A stretch of 59,763 nt of DNA. It comes from Pirellulales bacterium. GTDB taxonomy: Bacteria > Planctomycetota > Planctomycetia > Pirellulales > UBA1268. The position numbers and the translations under genes were made by a program. The notes under the pieces were generated by a model that saw only the letters and a list, made by a program, of their open reading frames with translations, made no database searches and had not been told where the DNA came from. Positions 25,622-35,714 of this stretch are shown piece by piece (the first letter of the stretch is position 1; each line of letters begins with the position of its first letter). The stretch lies in the NCBI GenBank assembly GCA_044368305.1, contig JBIPLS010000001.1, positions 1-59,763 of the forward strand, given 5' to 3'.

Positions 25622-27961
25622 ATGATCCGGTTCCCAGCCCGGCAGCCGGCCGCCGGAGTCTGCGCGGTCGTCGCCTGCCTCGTGGTCGCCGCCGCGGCCC
25701 GGGCCGACCGCGTGGAGATGAACGACGGTCGCGTCCTCGAGGGGCGGTTCGCGTTGCTGCCGGGCGTGGCCGTCGATCCGTTGGCGCCGCAATCGTCCTC
25801 CAGCGGCACGCCGATCCTGATGTGCGACGACGACCTGACCCGCACGATGGTCTCGAAGCGGCAGGTGGCGAAGACGGAGACGGCGCCGGTCGATTTCGGG
25901 ATGGAGAAGATCCGCATCCCGCAGCGGGTTCCGGAGACCGGCCGCCGCGTGACGGGCATGGGGGTGGCCATCGAGACCACCCCGTTCGACGAGTTCGGCC
26001 GCCGCATCCTCTCGCTCTCCACGGCCGGCGGCCGCGTGGACGTGGTGCAGGGGATCACCGAGATCACGCCGCGCTGGACGCGGATCGAGGGCGTGGTCAC
26101 CGAGAATCCCGTGATGCTCGACATGCGCATGGCGACGACGGCGCTGCCCCGCGACGTGCTCAAGCGCGTGATCGAGCAGCACATCGACCGCACGGACGCG
26201 GATCAGCGGCTCCGAGTCGTGCGGCTCCTCATTCAAGGTGGACGCTACGAGGACGCCCGCCACGAACTGGACGCTGTGCTGGAGGACTTTTCCAGTCTGG
26301 CCGACCTGGTCCGGGAGCGGAAGCGGATCTCCGACCTCGCCGCCCGGCGGCTCTTCGAGGAGATCCGCATGCGGGGCCGCGTCGGGCAGGACCGGTTCGC
26401 CCTCCGGCTCCTGGAAAACTTCCCCACCGAGGACGTCGGCGGCGAGTTGCTGGAGGAAGTGCGTGAGGAACGCGATCGCTACCGGGAACGGCAGGAATCG
26501 GCCCGCCGGCTCGTCGCGGCGATCCGCGGCCACGTCGCCGGGCTGGCGGATGCCGGTGATCGTGAGGCCGCCGGCGCGGTGGCCGACGAGATCGAGCGGG
26601 AGCTGTCCTTCGGCACGGTCGACAGGCTGGCGACGTTCGCCCGCCTCGGCGGCGACCCGAACCTGCCCGCGGAGCGGGCGGTGGCGATCGCTGCCAACGG
26701 ATGGCTGCAGGGTCCAGCCTGCGGCGACGACAACCTCAAGCTGGCGCTCTCGGCCGCCCGCCTGAGAACGCTGCTCCGCGACTACCTGCGGTCGCCCGAC
26801 GCGGCCGCCCGCGAGGCCACGCTGGCGCGGATGCGCGAGGAGGAGGCCTGCAGCCCGACGACCTTGGCCGCGCTGGCGCGGCACATGCGGCCGCCGCTCG
26901 AGCCGCCCGCGGCCGTCGAGCAGGGCCTCCACGAATTCGACGTGCCGGGACTGCCCGGGGAAGGGGCGGTCCGTTGCCTCGTGCAGCTGCCGCCCGAGTA
27001 CGACCCGCTCCGCACCTACCCGACGATCGTGACGCTGCACGCCGCCTGGACGACGCCCCGCAACCAGGTCGAGTGGTGGGCCGGGATGCCCGGCGCCGAC
27101 GGCGTGCGACTCGGGCAGGCGACCCGCCACGGATTCATCGTCATCGCGCCTGCCTGGGGCCGCGAGCACCAGGCCGCCTACGAATACTCCGCCCGCGAGC
27201 ATGCCGTCGTGCTCGACGCGGTCCGCGAGGCCTGCCGGCGGTTCGCCATCGACACCGACCGCGTCTTCCTCTCCGGCCACTCGATGGGCGGCAATGCCGC
27301 CTGGGACATCGGCCTGGCCCATCCCGACCTGTGGGCCGGCGTGGTCGCGATCTCGGCCGCCGCCGACCGCTATGTCCACCACTACTGGCGGAACGCCGCC
27401 GGCCTGCCGCTCTATTTCGTGGGCGGCGAACTCGACGGCGACACGCTGCAGCGCAGCGCCGTCGATCTCGACCGCTACTTCTCCAAGGGCTACGACGCCA
27501 CCTACGTCGAGTACCGCGGCCGCGGCCACGACCACTTCTCCGAAGAGCTGCTGCGAATCTTCGATTGGATGGGGCGCAAGCGGCGGAAGCCGCCGGCGGA
27601 GATCGAGACCGTGTCGATGCGGCCCTGGGATCGGTTCTTCTGGTGGCTCGAGTTCGCGACGGCGCCGCCGAAGACGGTCACGCTTCCGTCCAATTGGCCG
27701 CCAGCGAAGGGAGCCACGCCGTTCGAGATCGAGGGCCGGGTCACGCCCGGCAACACCATGGCCGCCAGCTGCGGCGGCCGCGGCGTCCGCATCTGGCTGG
27801 CCCCCGAGTTCACCGACATGACGCGTCCCGTCACGGTGACGCTGGGGGGCGAGCGGCTCTTCAAGGGACCCGTGGTGCCCGACGTGCGCGTGATGCTCGA
27901 GGATCTGCGGCAGCGGGGCGACCGCCAGCACCCGTTCTGGGCCGTCGTCGAAGGCCGCTGA
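25622..27961 (+). CDS. Secreted protein with a C-terminal alpha/beta-hydrolase (esterase/peptidase S9-like) domain
   Basis: The ATG at 25622 has GGAG 8 nt upstream. Signal-like MIRFPARQPAAGVCAVVACLVVAAAARA. Nucleophile elbow FLSGHSMGGNAAWDIGLAHPDLWAGVV. The tracked 1548-aa ORF upstream of 25622 is antisense shadow of the PSCyt gene. Confidence 0.75.
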   Translation: MIRFPARQPAAGVCAVVACLVVAAAARADRVEMNDGRVLEGRFALLPGVAVDPLAPQSSSSGTPILMCDDDLTRTMVSKRQVAKTETAPVDFGMEKIRIPQRVPETGRRVTGMGVAIETTPFDEFGRRILSLSTAGGRVDVVQGITEITPRWTRIEGVVTENPVMLDMRMATTALPRDVLKRVIEQHIDRTDADQRLRVVRLLIQGGRYEDARHELDAVLEDFSSLADLVRERKRISDLAARRLFEEIRMRGRVGQDRFALRLLENFPTEDVGGELLEEVREERDRYRERQESARRLVAAIRGHVAGLADAGDREAAGAVADEIERELSFGTVDRLATFARLGGDPNLPAERAVAIAANGWLQGPACGDDNLKLALSAARLRTLLRDYLRSPDAAAREATLARMREEEACSPTTLAALARHMRPPLEPPAAVEQGLHEFDVPGLPGEGAVRCLVQLPPEYDPLRTYPTIVTLHAAWTTPRNQVEWWAGMPGADGVRLGQATRHGFIVIAPAWGREHQAAYEYSAREHAVVLDAVREACRRFAIDTDRVFLSGHSMGGNAAWDIGLAHPDLWAGVVAISAAADRYVHHYWRNAAGLPLYFVGGELDGDTLQRSAVDLDRYFSKGYDATYVEYRGRGHDHFSEELLRIFDWMGRKRRKPPAEIETVSMRPWDRFFWWLEFATAPPKTVTLPSNWPPAKGATPFEIEGRVTPGNTMAASCGGRGVRIWLAPEFTDMTRPVTVTLGGERLFKGPVVPDVRVMLEDLRQRGDRQHPFWAVVEGR

Positions 27962-28013
27962 TTTGAACTGCCCAGCCCGCGTCGTTATTCTTGGGTTTTC
28001 CGGAGGTGACGCG

Positions 28014-29462
28014 ATGCACAGGGCGGCGTGGCTGATCAGCGGCGTGGTGTGCTGGATCGCGGCCGCCGCCGTCCCCGCCCCGGGCGGCGAGTTTTCCCGG
28101 GCCGACGCCGCCGCGGCGTTGCGGCGGGCGACCGACTTTTTCCGCGGGCAGTGCGGGCTCGAGGGGGGCTACGTCTGGCGGCACAGCGCCGATCTCACCA
28201 AGCGCGAGGGCGAGCAGGCCACGACCGCGACCCAGGTGTGGACGCAGCCGCCCTCCACCGCGACGGTCGGCGAGGCATTCCTGGAGATGCACCTGCTCAC
28301 CGGCGAGGAGGCGTTCCTGGCGGCGGCCCGAGAGACCGCCGAGTGCCTGATCCGCGGCCAGTTGCGGAGCGGCGGCTGGGACAAGTTCATCGAACTCGAC
28401 CCCGCGGCCCGACGGAAGATCGCCTATCGCGTCGATCCACCGGCCGACCAGGTTGAGCCACCTTTCGACACCACGACGCTCGACGACGACAAGACCCAGT
28501 GCGGCATCCGCTTCCTGATGCGGCTCGACGCGGCGACGGATTTCGGCGACCCGCGGCTGCACGAGGCCGCCCGCTACGCGCTCGACGGGCTCGTCACGGC
28601 CCAACGGCCCAACGGCGGCTGGCCGCAGAGGTTCACCGGCCCCGGCGATCCGGCGCGGTATCCGGTGCGGTCGGCCTCGTATCCCGAGAGCTGGTCGCGA
28701 TCCTGGCCCGGCGCCGACTTCATCGACCACTACACGTTCAACGACGGCAACATCTCCGGCGTCATCGGGGTGCTCCTCGAGGCCGCGGCCACCTATGCCG
28801 AGCCACGCTACCGGGCCGCGGCCGAGAAGGCCGGGGACTTCATCCGCCTGGCGCAGATGCCCGAGCCGCAGCCCGCCTGGGCGCAGCAGTACGACGCCGA
28901 CATGCACCCCGCCTGGGCCCGGAAATTCGAGCCCCCGGCGGTGACGGGGGGCGAGTCGCAGGGAATCATCCGCGCCCTGCTCGCGCTGTACCGCGCGACC
29001 GGCGAGCCGCGGTTCCTGGAACCCGTCCCTCCCGCCCTGGCCTGGATGCGCCGCTCGCGGCTGCCCGACGGCAGCCTCGCCCGGTTCTACGAACTGCGGA
29101 CGAACCGGCCGCTGTATTTCACGAAGGACATGGTCCTCACCTACGAGGACGGCGACCTGCGGAACGGCTACGGCTTCGAAGTCGGCTACCGGGCCGAGGA
29201 ACTCGAGGCCGCCTACCGGGCAGCCCGCGAGGCGACGGTGCCCGCGGCGGTGCGGCCGTGGCGGCCGCGGCGCGAGCCCTGGACGGCCGACCTCGCCGCC
29301 GCCGCGGCCCGCGCCGCCGCGGCCCTCGACGATCGCGGGGCCTGGGTGGAGGACGGGCGGCTCGGCACCTACGGCGCGGACGACGGGACGCGGCGGGTCA
29401 TCCGGACGGGAACCTTCGTCCGTAACGCCCTCGTCCTGGCCCGCGCCGCGTCCGCCGAGTAG
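28014..29462 (+). CDS. Secreted alpha/alpha-toroid protein resembling PL10-type pectate lyase
   Basis: GGAGG lies 7 nt before the ATG at 28014 and a signal peptide follows. Repeated ..GGW.. motifs (RSGGWDKF, PNGGWPQRF) and the overall pattern recall the Pec_lyase family. The assignment is from memory only. Confidence 0.5.
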   Translation: MHRAAWLISGVVCWIAAAAVPAPGGEFSRADAAAALRRATDFFRGQCGLEGGYVWRHSADLTKREGEQATTATQVWTQPPSTATVGEAFLEMHLLTGEEAFLAAARETAECLIRGQLRSGGWDKFIELDPAARRKIAYRVDPPADQVEPPFDTTTLDDDKTQCGIRFLMRLDAATDFGDPRLHEAARYALDGLVTAQRPNGGWPQRFTGPGDPARYPVRSASYPESWSRSWPGADFIDHYTFNDGNISGVIGVLLEAAATYAEPRYRAAAEKAGDFIRLAQMPEPQPAWAQQYDADMHPAWARKFEPPAVTGGESQGIIRALLALYRATGEPRFLEPVPPALAWMRRSRLPDGSLARFYELRTNRPLYFTKDMVLTYEDGDLRNGYGFEVGYRAEELEAAYRAAREATVPAAVRPWRPRREPWTADLAAAAARAAAALDDRGAWVEDGRLGTYGADDGTRRVIRTGTFVRNALVLARAASAE

Positions 29463-29495
29463 GCCGGCCGGTCCGCACCGGGTTCACTCGGGAGC

Positions 29496-29525
29496 GACGG
29501 CCGGCACGTGCCGTGCGGTCTTTTT
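29496..29525 (+). terminator. Possible intrinsic terminator after the PL10-like gene
   Basis: An imperfect GC stem around the palindrome CGGCACGTGCCG is followed by TTTTT (29521-29525), 34 nt after the stop at 29462. Confidence 0.35.
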
Positions 29526-29543
29526 CGCCGCCCCGGCGGCCGC

Positions 29544-31565
29544 TCACCGGCCCGACGGCGCCTCGGGAGTGCGGGCCACGACCGGCTCGCGGCCCGGCCG
29601 CGGCAGCGAGGCGCCGGCGATATGCCAGCCGTCCGCGGTGGACTCCATGCCGAGGCAGGTGCAGCCGAAATACCGCCGCACCTGCTCGAACTCCGGCAGC
29701 GTGCTGCCGTCGATCTTCTGCTCGCGGACCGAGCCGGGCTTGCCGTCGCCGAGGATCCCGTTGAGCAGCTGGCCGAACACGCTCTTCGACTTCGGCATCG
29801 CCCCCTGGCGAAGCAGCTCATACGTGGGTCGGATGGCCTCGTCCTCGCGGCCGAACGACCGCAGCGCCGCCTTGCCGGGCAGCAGCCTGGCGAGTTCCGT
29901 CGCGGTCGCCCGGTAGTCGGCCGCGGAAGCCAGGGCCTCCGCCCCACCCGGGGCGGTGAGCACCTGCTCGAGGATGTCGCGGTGCGACGCGATCAGCAGG
30001 TGCCCGTGGGCGACGGTGACGGCCGAGTGGGGAAGGAGTTTTTCCTCCTTCTCCCGCCGCCGCTGCCGGCGGCGATGGGCGGAGTCGTCGTCCCCCTCGT
30101 GGCCGTCGGCGTGCTGGACGGCGCCGCCCGGCGTCTCCACCTCGATCTTGGGGATCGCCATCGACCGGTCGATCAGCTCCCAGGCCTCGTGGCCCGCGAT
30201 CTCGACCCGCTGCATGTCGGAGTCGGCCGCCATCGTCTTGGCGATCGTCGCCGCGACCCGCTGCGGGTCGGTGGTCTCGATGGCGATCACGAGCCGCTCG
30301 CTGTCGGTGCCGATCGGCTCGACATGGTGCGAGATCAGGGTGACCTGCTTGCCGAGGCAGGCGACCATATCCCGCTCGAGGTCGATCTGCGGACCGTCTG
30401 GATCCTCCTTGAGCGAGGCGATCACGTCGTCGAACGTGCCCTTCTCACCGACGACGTCGTCGAACAGCGACTCCACGGATGCGAACGCCGTCTGGATGTC
30501 CCACTGCAGGGCCGTCCATCCGGCCACGCCACGCGGCACCCAGGCCGGCGGGGCGACGCCCTCCGCGTCCGGAAACCGCAGCATGCGGGCCGCGAGGTCG
30601 AACCGCTCCGGGCCGAACGGATCGCGGCCGGGCAGGGCAGGGGCGTGGATGAAGGCGTGATGCCGCAGGGCGTGGCCGCCGTGGTCGAAGGCCAAGACGC
30701 CGCCGATGCCCCGGATGGCGTCGAAGCCCTGGCGAACCAGGATCGCCACGTAGTCCGGACCCTTCCGCTTCTCCCGCGGCGGGTTGGCCGCCTGGTAGGC
30801 CTTGGCGAAGCGGAGCGGATCGACGAACCAGCGGAGCGGGGCCGAGGCCGCGGGGATCTCCTTGCCGCAACGGCCCATGGCCATCGTGAAGGAGGCGTTG
30901 GTCGCCAGGCTGTCCTGACGCCCCTGGGCGAGCACCGCGAACGCCTGCCCGACCTGCAGCGCGTCGTCGCCGACGACGAGGGCGGCCGGCGCCAGCGCGA
31001 AGGCCACCCGTCGCGGCGCGGCCGCGTCCACACGGCCGTCATCCTCGGCCGGCAGTTGATAGACGGTGAGTTGGGCGGGCGCGTTGGCGACCGCGACCTT
31101 CGTCGCCTTCCGCTCCAGGAGTCGCGCGGCGATCCGATCCACCAGCGCCTTGGCCTCGGCCTCGTGGCCGGTCGTGTCCACCAGTAGCACGGTGCAGAGC
31201 GTGCCGGGCTGGGCCTCGATCGCGGCGGCGGCCACCTCGCCCCCGGGCACCTTCTCCAGGTCCTCGAGCGTGAGGCCGAGTTTCGCCAGCCGCTGCTTGC
31301 CGTTCTTAGAAACCTGCTCGCGGAAACCGTCCACGAAGGCCTTCATGGCCGGATCGGAGACCAGCTGCCCATACGGCGACCGGTCGAAACGCTCGTGCAG
31401 CCCGCGGACATCGGGAACGCTCAGCCAGGCCCGGGTGGTGTCGGGAAAGATCGTCTCGCTGGGCGGGAGACTCCCGGCCATCGCGCACCGGGCCAGCATC
31501 GCGCACGACGCGAACAGGGCGAGCGCGGCGGCCCGGGAGTGGGCCTTCAATCCTTTGAATCGCAC
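29544..31565 (-). CDS. Large secreted hypothetical protein
   Basis: The chosen GTG at 31565 is preceded by AGGAG at 7 nt. Signal-like RFKGLKAHSRAAALALFASCAMLARCAMA. Composition is natural throughout. There is a His/Asp/Arg-rich insert (HADGHEGDDDSAHRRRQRRREKEEK). Confidence 0.6.
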   Translation of the reverse strand: MRFKGLKAHSRAAALALFASCAMLARCAMAGSLPPSETIFPDTTRAWLSVPDVRGLHERFDRSPYGQLVSDPAMKAFVDGFREQVSKNGKQRLAKLGLTLEDLEKVPGGEVAAAAIEAQPGTLCTVLLVDTTGHEAEAKALVDRIAARLLERKATKVAVANAPAQLTVYQLPAEDDGRVDAAAPRRVAFALAPAALVVGDDALQVGQAFAVLAQGRQDSLATNASFTMAMGRCGKEIPAASAPLRWFVDPLRFAKAYQAANPPREKRKGPDYVAILVRQGFDAIRGIGGVLAFDHGGHALRHHAFIHAPALPGRDPFGPERFDLAARMLRFPDAEGVAPPAWVPRGVAGWTALQWDIQTAFASVESLFDDVVGEKGTFDDVIASLKEDPDGPQIDLERDMVACLGKQVTLISHHVEPIGTDSERLVIAIETTDPQRVAATIAKTMAADSDMQRVEIAGHEAWELIDRSMAIPKIEVETPGGAVQHADGHEGDDDSAHRRRQRRREKEEKLLPHSAVTVAHGHLLIASHRDILEQVLTAPGGAEALASAADYRATATELARLLPGKAALRSFGREDEAIRPTYELLRQGAMPKSKSVFGQLLNGILGDGKPGSVREQKIDGSTLPEFEQVRRYFGCTCLGMESTADGWHIAGASLPRPGREPVVARTPEAPSGR

Positions 31566-31621
31566 GAGGAGTCTCCTGACCACGGTGGCGAAACCGGCAC
31601 GACCGGCACCGCTGCCTCTAT

Positions 31622-32791
31622 TTATCGTTCCCACCGGGCCATTTTCTCAACCTGGGTTTCCGACGGCCCTTTGGGCAGGGGAGGCGGATCGGGCAATCCC
31701 GCGGCGGTCGCCACCGCGGCCGCCGTCACCACGGCGATCACGATTCCCGCCCCCCATGCGACCGCGGTCTCGCCCGCCAGGCGGCCCGCCTCCGCGACGA
31801 CCGCGAGCCCCACGAGGCACGCCGTCGCCAGCGCCAGGACCGCCACGGCGGCCCATGGCCAAATCGCGTCCACCGGCCATTGCACCTGGGCCTCGGCCGC
31901 CCGCAGCAGTCCCGCCACGAGCGGTGGCCAGCCGAGCACGGCGGCGTGGCCCGCGGCGACCGCCGTCGCCCATCGCCACTGCCGCAGGCCGCCCGCGAGC
32001 AGGCCCCGGCCGCCGTCGTCCGGCGGGGCGAGCAAGGCCGCGGGCACCGCCAAGGCGGCGAACCAGCCAGCCGCCACCACCGCGCCCATGGCGCCCGTCT
32101 CCGGCGCCAGGAAATACCAGGTCGCCATGCCCGCCAGCGACGTCGCCATCGCCGCGACCGACAGGCCGCTCCGCAGGCCCCCGCGGGCCATGGCGACCTC
32201 CGCCCACGAGCCGCGCGTGCGCCCCTGCCCGCCGAGCAGCGGCGCGAGGGCGAGCCACCGTCGCCGACAGAGCCAGGTCGCGGTCAGCACGGCCAGCGCC
32301 GCGCCGCCGGCCCAGCCGACCGCGGTCGTCGCGGAAGGTGCGCACCATCCGACCCAGCCAGCCGCAGAGGCCACCACGACGCCGAAACTCGCCGCGTCCT
32401 CCGCCGCCGCTCCGCTCCGCGCCGCAGCCCATGCCGAGGCGGACGCGGCGGCGATGCCGACCGCGGTTCCCACCGCGACCGCCCCGCCGTCGCCCGCGAC
32501 GAGCCACCGGGCGCCGCCGGCCAGCAGCGCGGCCGCCAGCGGCCAGGCCGCCCGCTCCAGACACCAGGCCGCGTCCACGGCCGGCACGCCCGGGACGAAC
32601 CCGCGTGGCGGCCGGCCGCGCGCGGCCACGGCCGCCCAACCGCCGCAGGCGACAGCGGCCGCGGCGACGGCGGCTGATTCCGCGGCCGCGGCGAGCAGCG
32701 CGATGGTCGCGGCGGCGCTGCCGGCGGCCAGCCACGAAGCCGGCCGCCGCGCGTCGATCCGCAGGAGCAGCGGCAGGATCGCAGCGGTCAC
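31622..32791 (-). CDS. Ala/Trp-rich polytopic membrane protein (hypothetical)
   Basis: Continuous hydrophobic helices rich in Ala, Gly and Trp. It sits 14 nt after argG and 56 nt before the next gene on the same strand. All alternative frames are Arg/Pro-rich. Confidence 0.5.
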   Translation of the reverse strand: MTAAILPLLLRIDARRPASWLAAGSAAATIALLAAAAESAAVAAAAVACGGWAAVAARGRPPRGFVPGVPAVDAAWCLERAAWPLAAALLAGGARWLVAGDGGAVAVGTAVGIAAASASAWAAARSGAAAEDAASFGVVVASAAGWVGWCAPSATTAVGWAGGAALAVLTATWLCRRRWLALAPLLGGQGRTRGSWAEVAMARGGLRSGLSVAAMATSLAGMATWYFLAPETGAMGAVVAAGWFAALAVPAALLAPPDDGGRGLLAGGLRQWRWATAVAAGHAAVLGWPPLVAGLLRAAEAQVQWPVDAIWPWAAVAVLALATACLVGLAVVAEAGRLAGETAVAWGAGIVIAVVTAAAVATAAGLPDPPPLPKGPSETQVEKMARWER

Positions 32792-32805
32792 GCCCGCCTC
32801 CGCGG

Positions 32806-34023
32806 TCAGCCCCGGCGCGGACGCACGTTGCCCTGCACCCGCAGGGGCAGGCCCAGGATCCGCAGAAAACCCTCGGCGTCGGTCTGGTCGTAGGAGCCGC
32901 CCCCCTCCATCGACGCGATGGCGGCGTCGTAGAGGCTCTGGCCGCTCTCGCGGCTCTTCACGAGCACGTTCCCCTTGTAGAGGTTCAGTTCCACCGTGCC
33001 GCCGACCGGCTTCTGGGCGTCGCGGATGAAGGCCAGCAGGGCGTCCATCTTCGCGCAGTACCAGAAGCCGTAATACACCATCTCGGCGACCTCCGGGGCG
33101 AGACGGTCGCGGAGATGCACGAGGTCGCGGTCGAGCGTCATCTGCTCGACGAGCCGGTGGGCCTCGTAGAGGAGCGTCATGCCGGGCGCCTCGTAGACGC
33201 CGCGGCTCTTCATGCCCACCAGCCGGTTCTCCACGATGTCGGTGCGGCCGATGCCGTTGCGGCCGCCGATGCGATTGAGCTCGAGCACGATCTCGTGCGC
33301 GGGCAGCGTCCGGCCGTTGACCCGCACGGGCAGGCCGCGATCGAAGTCGATCCGCACCGTCTCCACCGCCTCGGGCGCCGCCTGCGGTGACACCGTCATG
33401 CCGAACTCGACCAGGCCGAAGCCGTCGGTCGTGAGCTCCTCCAGCGCGCCGGCCTCGTAGCTCGTGTGCAGGCAGTTCTCGTCGGAACTGTAGGGCTTGC
33501 CCTTCGACGCCTTGACGGGGATGTTCTTCGCCTCACAGAACTCGATCAGTTCCTTGCGGCCCGGGAACCGCTCCCGGAAGGCGGCGATCCGCCAGGGCGC
33601 CAGCACCTTGATGCCCGGATCGAGGGCCTCCGCCGCCAGCTGAAAGCGGCACTGGTCGTTGCCCTTGCCGGTGGCCCCGTGGGCGAAGACGGAGCAGCCC
33701 TCGCGATGGGCGATCTCGACGCACACCTTGGCGATCAGCGGCCGCGCGATCGACGTGCCGAGCAGGTAGGTGCCCTCGTACCGGGCCTGCCATTGCATCG
33801 TGGGGAAGGCGAAGTCGCGGCACAGCTCCTCGCGGACGTCCACGATCATGGCCTTCACCGCCCCGCAGTCGCGGGCCTTCGCCAGAATCGCCTCGCGGTC
33901 CTCGCAGGGCTGCCCGAGATCCACGTACACAGCCACCACCTCGTGGCCCTGCTCGATCAGCCAGCCGAGGATCACCGAGGTGTCCAGGCCGCCCGAATAC
34001 GCCAGCACGCACCGCTTGCTCAT
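32806..34023 (-). CDS. argG: Argininosuccinate synthase
   Basis: MSKRCVLAYSGGLDTSVILGWL (ATP-binding SGGLDTS), FAHGATGKGNDQCRF, and a full-length body. GAGGTG lies before the ATG at 34023. Confidence 0.96.
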   Translation of the reverse strand: MSKRCVLAYSGGLDTSVILGWLIEQGHEVVAVYVDLGQPCEDREAILAKARDCGAVKAMIVDVREELCRDFAFPTMQWQARYEGTYLLGTSIARPLIAKVCVEIAHREGCSVFAHGATGKGNDQCRFQLAAEALDPGIKVLAPWRIAAFRERFPGRKELIEFCEAKNIPVKASKGKPYSSDENCLHTSYEAGALEELTTDGFGLVEFGMTVSPQAAPEAVETVRIDFDRGLPVRVNGRTLPAHEIVLELNRIGGRNGIGRTDIVENRLVGMKSRGVYEAPGMTLLYEAHRLVEQMTLDRDLVHLRDRLAPEVAEMVYYGFWYCAKMDALLAFIRDAQKPVGGTVELNLYKGNVLVKSRESGQSLYDAAIASMEGGGSYDQTDAEGFLRILGLPLRVQGNVRPRRG

Positions 34024-34128
34024 CCGCCACCTCGCGAGGATCGAACTTCCGCACCGCATTCGGATGCATCCCCGGCCGGGATGCAAGCCGGGCCGCCCAA
34101 TCGGCCGTGTTTTCCGCCGCCGCGGGCG

Positions 34129-35619
34129 TCAGGCCTCGTGGACGACGGCCATGTTGTGGCCGCCGGTGCCGAAGCCCGTGCCCGCCACCAGCAGGATGCG
34201 GTCGCCGCGCCGCAGGCGGCCGGTGGCCAGGCCCCAGGCGGTGACCCGCTCGAGCAGGTCGTTGGTGTCGGCCCAGCCGTCCATGGCCAGCGGCGTGACG
34301 CCCCAGTAGAGGGCCATCTGCCGCAGCGTGGCCGGGCTGTCGCTCACCCCCACGGTGGGCACGGCGCCGCGCCGCTTCGAGCGGGCGATCGCCGTCAGGC
34401 CGCTCTTGCTGGCCACGACGACGAGCCTGGCGTCGAGCTCGGCGGCGATCCGCCCCGCGCCGTCAACCACGGCCTGCGTGATCGGGTGCAGCCCCTCCAC
34501 GAGCTTCTCGGGAGGCGGCGGAAACTCCATGGCCGCCACCGCGGCCCCGGTCTCGTCGCGGCCGAACCGCCCCTCCAGGTATTTCCAGCGGTCGGCGAGG
34601 TACTGCCGCTCCGTCGCCGCGGCGATCCGCCGCATCATCTCCACGGCCAGCCGCGGATGGGCCCCGATCGCCGTCTCGCCGGAGAGCATGCAGGCATCGG
34701 CGCCGTCGAGGATGGCGTTGGCCACGTCGGTCGTCTCGGCGCGGGTCGGCCGCCGCGAGTGCTGCATGCTGTCGAGCATCTGCGTGGCCACGATCACCGG
34801 CTTCTGCCAGCGCTGGCAGGCGCGGATGATCTGCTTCTGCACCATCGGCATCCCGGCGACGTCGATCTCCACGCCCAGGTCGCCGCGGGCCACCATCACG
34901 ACGTCGGCGGCCGCGACGATCGCGTCGAGGTCGTCGACCGCCTCGCGTTTCTCGATTTTGGCGACGACGCGGGCCCGGGACCCGCGGGTGCGGAGCAGTT
35001 CCTTGAGCAGCCTCACCTCCACGGCCGAGCGGACGAACGACAGGCTCACGAAGTCGGCGCCCGCCCCGGCGGCCCACTCCGCGTGCCGCCAGTCGGCCTC
35101 GCTCATGGCCGCCACCGAGAGCTTCACGCCCGGCAGGTTCACCCCCTGCCGGCTGCGGACGGTGCCCGCCTGGACGACCCGGCAGCGGACGCGGCCGGGC
35201 AGCCGCTGCTCCACGACCAGGCTCACGGTTCCGTCGGCGAGCATCACGGCGTCGCCGACGGCCAACTCATCCACGAGCGGCTCGTATGTCGTGGTGAACT
35301 CGCCGGGGCCGCCGCCCGGGCCGCGGACGAAGCAGAACTCCGCGCCCTCGACGCATTCCACGGCTCCGCCCGGCAGTTCGCCGAGGCGGATCTTCGGCCC
35401 GGCCAGATCGACGAGCGCGGCGATCGGCCGACCGGCGGCATCGGCCACCCGCCGCACCCGCTCGAGCGTCTCCCCGTGCTCGTCAAGCGAGCCGTGGGCC
35501 ATGTTGAGGCGGAACACGTCCACCCCCGCCGCCACGAGCGTCTCCAGCATCGCGGCGGAGCGGCTGGCGGGGCCGACGGTGGCGACGATCTTCGTGCGGA
35601 CGACCTGGGGCTCGGTCAT
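34129..35619 (-). CDS. pyk: Pyruvate kinase
   Basis: RTKIVATVGPAS, VDVFRLNMAHG, MVARGDLGVEI, ATQMLDSM, and a C-terminal regulatory domain. ATG at 35619. Confidence 0.95.
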   Translation of the reverse strand: MTEPQVVRTKIVATVGPASRSAAMLETLVAAGVDVFRLNMAHGSLDEHGETLERVRRVADAAGRPIAALVDLAGPKIRLGELPGGAVECVEGAEFCFVRGPGGGPGEFTTTYEPLVDELAVGDAVMLADGTVSLVVEQRLPGRVRCRVVQAGTVRSRQGVNLPGVKLSVAAMSEADWRHAEWAAGAGADFVSLSFVRSAVEVRLLKELLRTRGSRARVVAKIEKREAVDDLDAIVAAADVVMVARGDLGVEIDVAGMPMVQKQIIRACQRWQKPVIVATQMLDSMQHSRRPTRAETTDVANAILDGADACMLSGETAIGAHPRLAVEMMRRIAAATERQYLADRWKYLEGRFGRDETGAAVAAMEFPPPPEKLVEGLHPITQAVVDGAGRIAAELDARLVVVASKSGLTAIARSKRRGAVPTVGVSDSPATLRQMALYWGVTPLAMDGWADTNDLLERVTAWGLATGRLRRGDRILLVAGTGFGTGGHNMAVVHEA

Positions 35620-35714
35620 GGTGGGTGCGAACGCGGGAGGAGGAGACCGGTCGGGCGTACTGTAGCAGCCGCGCGGGTTTCGCGGGCGTCCGGCGGCCGG
35701 CGGGTACACTGACC

